From positions 1-38,213 of the forward strand of contig JAPLUW010000002.1 of assembly GCA_026397405.1 (NCBI GenBank): DNA of 38,213 nucleotides. Direction: 5' to 3'. The DNA comes from Candidatus Adlerbacteria bacterium (GTDB lineage Bacteria; Patescibacteriota; Minisyncoccia; Phycocordibacterales; SBAW01). The notes under the pieces are model-generated. The model saw nothing but the letters and a program-made list of their open reading frames with translations. It made no database searches and was not told the origin of the DNA. This document shows positions 35,401 through 38,213 of this stretch, piece after piece; the first letter of the stretch is position 1, and every line of letters begins with the position of its first letter. The position numbers and the translations under genes were made by a program.

Positions 35401-36246
35401 TTACAAATCGCGACCAAAGTAGAGCCAGTCTTGGCCTACGGCTGCGTCGAATTTGGGCATAATAATGTACCCGTCGTGCGGGGCGACTACAGGTTTGTTT
35501 TTTGTATTGATAAGCGCAGCACCTTTTTTGACTCGGTCCATATGCTTCCAGGTGGGGTTGGCAAGGGCCTCTCCTTCGTTCCTAAAAAAACCGTTGGTTA
35601 TTTTTGCTAATGCTGGTTTGTAGTTGTGGGTTTGTTCGGCAACTAGCGCATAGTGCGCAAGCGTGTTACGTACGGCGTTGTATGCAACACCTGTAGCGCT
35701 TGCTGCCTTGTGCTGGCCACATTCGACAAGGAGCGTGTCTTTGCCGCGGCTGTGTGCGTACGTGGTTGTATCAAAGGATGTGTGTGATTTGCCAAACTTT
35801 TTATACAACTCGGGCCACCCCACGACAGCACCTGTTGGCCCCAGTACCTCTGCCCACGCGCGGTTTGTTTTGGTAGGGAAGTCGAGGTACATAAACGGCT
35901 CGCCTTTTGCCGTTGTGGAATGTATGTCGAGCAGTACGTCGCACTGGTCGACTAAGTTGCATAACACGTTTGCCATCTGTGCCTCGTAGGAACGGGGAGT
36001 TTTAGTTGGTTTAAAAATACGGTTTAAATTTTCCTCTGTAAGGCGGAGGTTTTGTGCATATGCGGCAGGATTGCATACAGGTACAAATGTTGCACTGCCT
36101 TTTTGGAGCTGCAACTTGCCTGAATCAAGTTCTTTCATCACCTGTGCGAGTGCGCGTGGGCCGCATACTTCGTTGCCGTGTATGGCACCAAAAAAGAGCA
36201 CGTGGGGCCCTTTGTTGAGCGAGGTATATGTGTACGTTTGTATCAT
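35401..36246 (-). CDS. Succinylglutamate desuccinylase/aspartoacylase (M14) family protein
   Basis: HGNE, NLNR.F, LLDIHST, VECGQH; start placed at MIQTY with TATGAT 6 nt upstream. Confidence 0.9.
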   Translation of the reverse strand: MIQTYTYTSLNKGPHVLFFGAIHGNEVCGPRALAQVMKELDSGKLQLQKGSATFVPVCNPAAYAQNLRLTEENLNRIFKPTKTPRSYEAQMANVLCNLVDQCDVLLDIHSTTAKGEPFMYLDFPTKTNRAWAEVLGPTGAVVGWPELYKKFGKSHTSFDTTTYAHSRGKDTLLVECGQHKAASATGVAYNAVRNTLAHYALVAEQTHNYKPALAKITNGFFRNEGEALANPTWKHMDRVKKGAALINTKNKPVVAPHDGYIIMPKFDAAVGQDWLYFGRDL

Positions 36247-36273
36247 AGGGTAATCATATGCTCGATTAGAAAT

Positions 36274-36309
36274 AAAAAAAGGGGAAGGGGTTTGACCCGC
36301 CTTCCCCTT
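36274..36309 (-). terminator. Intrinsic terminator (-)
   Basis: AAGGGGAAGG/CCTTCCCCTT stem followed by a T run on the minus strand. Confidence 0.8.
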
Positions 36310-36320
36310 GTATGCCCGTG

Positions 36321-36908
36321 CTACGCGGCCGTGTGCCTGTCCACCCAGTTTGCTTCCCAGCCCATCCGCTGTGCCGTTTCCGGAGTCACCCGCACGTAAC
36401 AGGTCATTGGTCCGCGTTGTTGTGGTTCCCGCCAAGCAAGCGTGCAGCTCGAGGGCTCCATAGAGCCAGTCTTCTGTGCCGAACAAATGCAGGTTGCGGC
36501 AAGTTCCGCGGGAGGGAGCCATGTTCGCGGAATTACAACGAACGAAAAATGTGTGCCTACCCGAAGGGCCTGAATACTTGTGGTTGTGACAAGGATATTC
36601 CTGTGTGCGTGGCCTGGCAGGAAACGTTTGTACGCGGCTTGATTTATTTTTTTTCCTCGCAGGTCGGCGCGCGTCCATGTACCGCCAAGTTCAAACCACG
36701 TGAGCAGGGGAGTAAGGCAGGTGTGGAAGACAACGTCTCCCTCCCAAAAACCCAACATAGAAAGCCCATTGTTGTAACGCGTCAGCAGGTCCTCTGCCGA
36801 TGTTGCAAGCAAGTGAGGCTCATCACATGTGGCTTGTGCTACGCGTTTGAATACTTCCATTCCAACATTCGGTTTAGTAGCAACCGTATAGAACTGAATG
36901 CCGTCCAT
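36321..36908 (-). CDS. GNAT-like acetyltransferase (divergent) with Cys-containing C-terminus
   Basis: FELGGTWTRADLRGKKIN resembles GNAT motif A; SD GAGGG; own terminator. Confidence 0.6.
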   Translation of the reverse strand: MDGIQFYTVATKPNVGMEVFKRVAQATCDEPHLLATSAEDLLTRYNNGLSMLGFWEGDVVFHTCLTPLLTWFELGGTWTRADLRGKKINQAAYKRFLPGHAHRNILVTTTSIQALRVGTHFSFVVIPRTWLPPAELAATCICSAQKTGSMEPSSCTLAWREPQQRGPMTCYVRVTPETAQRMGWEANWVDRHTAA

Positions 36909-37036
36909 GTTTATTTCCCTCTAGGTATGTCGGCGCTTGTGTGCGTCCTAAGGAACAATAGTAAAAGAGAAGCGTTGCAACAAATTTTCTAGTTTTTTTG
37001 ACAGATATATTGCAATTTGTTATAAAAATAACAACT

Positions 37037-37687
37037 ATGAAAACCGTAAGCCAAGCCACAGAAGAGGTGCTTTCCCGCGCGCCCTTCTTTTTAGAGGCAC
37101 TTAGCGAAGGCATTGCCAACAACGCGCAAATCGCACGCAAAATTCGCCCTGCAGTGGAAGAGCTTTTGTACGAAGAGGTGTCGGACGCGTCGGTGGCAAT
37201 GGCGGTACACCGGTTTGCAAAACAAACAAAGAAAAAAATATACGGTGCGGGGTTTTTAAAAAAGCTCCACGACGTCACGGTGCGTTCGAACCTAGTAGAA
37301 TTTATTTTTGAAAACTCGACCGACTCGTCGCGTCTGCTTGAAGCTATTGTCAAAAATGCGCGTGGTAAAACAAATTCGTTTTTAAATTTCTCCCGCGGCT
37401 CGAGCGAGTCCATACTTATAGTCTCTTCTGATCTGGAAGAATATGCATTGAATGCACTTAAAAATGTGCAGGGCTTCCGTGTGCAAAAGGGTCTCTCGGC
37501 AATTACGATGCGCCTGCCCGAGGAAAGTTTGGCCGTGCCGGGTGTGTATTACCCAATTCTTAAAGCCATTGCACAGGAAGGTATTAACCTTATAGAAGTG
37601 ATGTCCGTGCTAACTGAGTTTAGTATCATTCTCGAAGACAAAGACATCAACCACGCATTTTCCGTGCTGAAACGCGTTACGTCGTAA
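37037..37687 (+). CDS. Aspartokinase-like ACT-domain protein with N-terminal helical domain
   Basis: EAL.EGI.N...ARKI N-terminus; C-terminal VPGVYY.IL..IA.EGINLIEV.S..TEF (ACT-like). Confidence 0.75.
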   Translation: MKTVSQATEEVLSRAPFFLEALSEGIANNAQIARKIRPAVEELLYEEVSDASVAMAVHRFAKQTKKKIYGAGFLKKLHDVTVRSNLVEFIFENSTDSSRLLEAIVKNARGKTNSFLNFSRGSSESILIVSSDLEEYALNALKNVQGFRVQKGLSAITMRLPEESLAVPGVYYPILKAIAQEGINLIEVMSVLTEFSIILEDKDINHAFSVLKRVTS

Positions 37688-38213
37688 TTAGTTTCTCGAA
37701 GAAAGCGCGCTTGCGATAGTGTCGGGGTCGGCGTATTCGAGCTCGGAGCCAGTGGAGAGGCCGCGGCCGAGAGACGAGACTTTAAAGTTGAGACCTTCTG
37801 AAATTGGGCGGATTTTTTCCTGCAAAATAAGCCGTGTGTGGTCGCCTTCGCTTGTGGCAGAGAGGCCTAAGATAAGTTCATTCAACTCTAGCGCTGACGC
37901 ATCGGTTTCGATACGGCGTAGCAGTTCGTGCATGCGCACGTGGCGTTCAGGCTGCTCGCTTGCAAGCGGTATCGTGCCACCAAGCACAAAGTACAACCCA
38001 CGGAAGCCGCTGTGCTCGACATTTTCTATATCGGCATCTTTCTCTACAACAAACAATGTTGCGGCTTCGCGTTTTGGGTTGCCACAAATAGTGCATAAGC
38101 CGCGCTCTTCTTCGTTTTTAACAAACCAGCGAAAACACTTTTTGCACTGTGCAGTTTCAGTCCCCAAGTGGCGGATACTTTCGGCTAGGTCGCTGCGGAA
38201 GCCGGCTTGTTCG
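37688..38213 (-). CDS. recR: Recombination mediator RecR (5' end outside window)
   Basis: C4 zinc finger CKKC...CTIC, VVE...D, Y.VLGG, TOPRIM EGD.T, G.ELEYAD..T...AL..R; frame open to the window edge. Confidence 0.95.
   Translation of the reverse strand, partial: EQAGFRSDLAESIRHLGTETAQCKKCFRWFVKNEEERGLCTICGNPKREAATLFVVEKDADIENVEHSGFRGLYFVLGGTIPLASEQPERHVRMHELLRRIETDASALELNELILGLSATSEGDHTRLILQEKIRPISEGLNFKVSSLGRGLSTGSELEYADPDTIASALSSRN

Noticed and set aside
36247-36678. 144-aa N-terminal extension of the M14 ORF (35401..36678)
   Set aside because: It runs through a terminator and overlaps the GNAT-like gene in another frame; recognisable M14 sequence starts at MIQTY (36246), which has its own -10 box
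1-38213. Alternative genetic code (UGA=Gly, as in Gracilibacteria/Absconditabacteria)
   Set aside because: Conserved genes are full length under code 11, and TGA terminates mraZ and proS at the expected ends

Overview
Chromosomal segment of a small-genome bacterium using genetic code 11 (TGA used as stop). It is most likely Patescibacteria/CPR, Parcubacteria-like; this is inferred from the compact genes, the stripped-down mre and dcw clusters, and leaderless-looking starts. The core scaffold carries hpf, def-fmt, murA, two mreB paralogues, holB-like, nth, frr, rseP, proS, mreBCD-mrdA, greA, lysS, mraZ-rsmH-ftsL-ftsI-murF, yqeY, rmuC, rplU, recR and tRNA-Glu(CUC). Four notable features: (1) a tRNA-Asn(GUU) gene split inside its anticodon (35/36) by a 223-nt ORF-less group I intron, lying head-to-head with a free-standing zinc-finger HNH nuclease gene; (2) about ten single-gene accessory/ORFan cassettes, mostly antisense to the core operons, each with a Shine-Dalgarno-like motif and an intrinsic terminator (usually with a TTTCTTTTTT-A type tail) and most with a -35/-10 promoter, whereas host genes look leaderless or SD-less; (3) long palindromic elements, two of them translated in frame inside rseP and rsmH; (4) the probable 3' end of an IS200-like Y1 transposase at the left edge. 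A candidate structured ncRNA lies at about 5385-5486. All calls come from reading the sequence; no database searches or folding programs were run.
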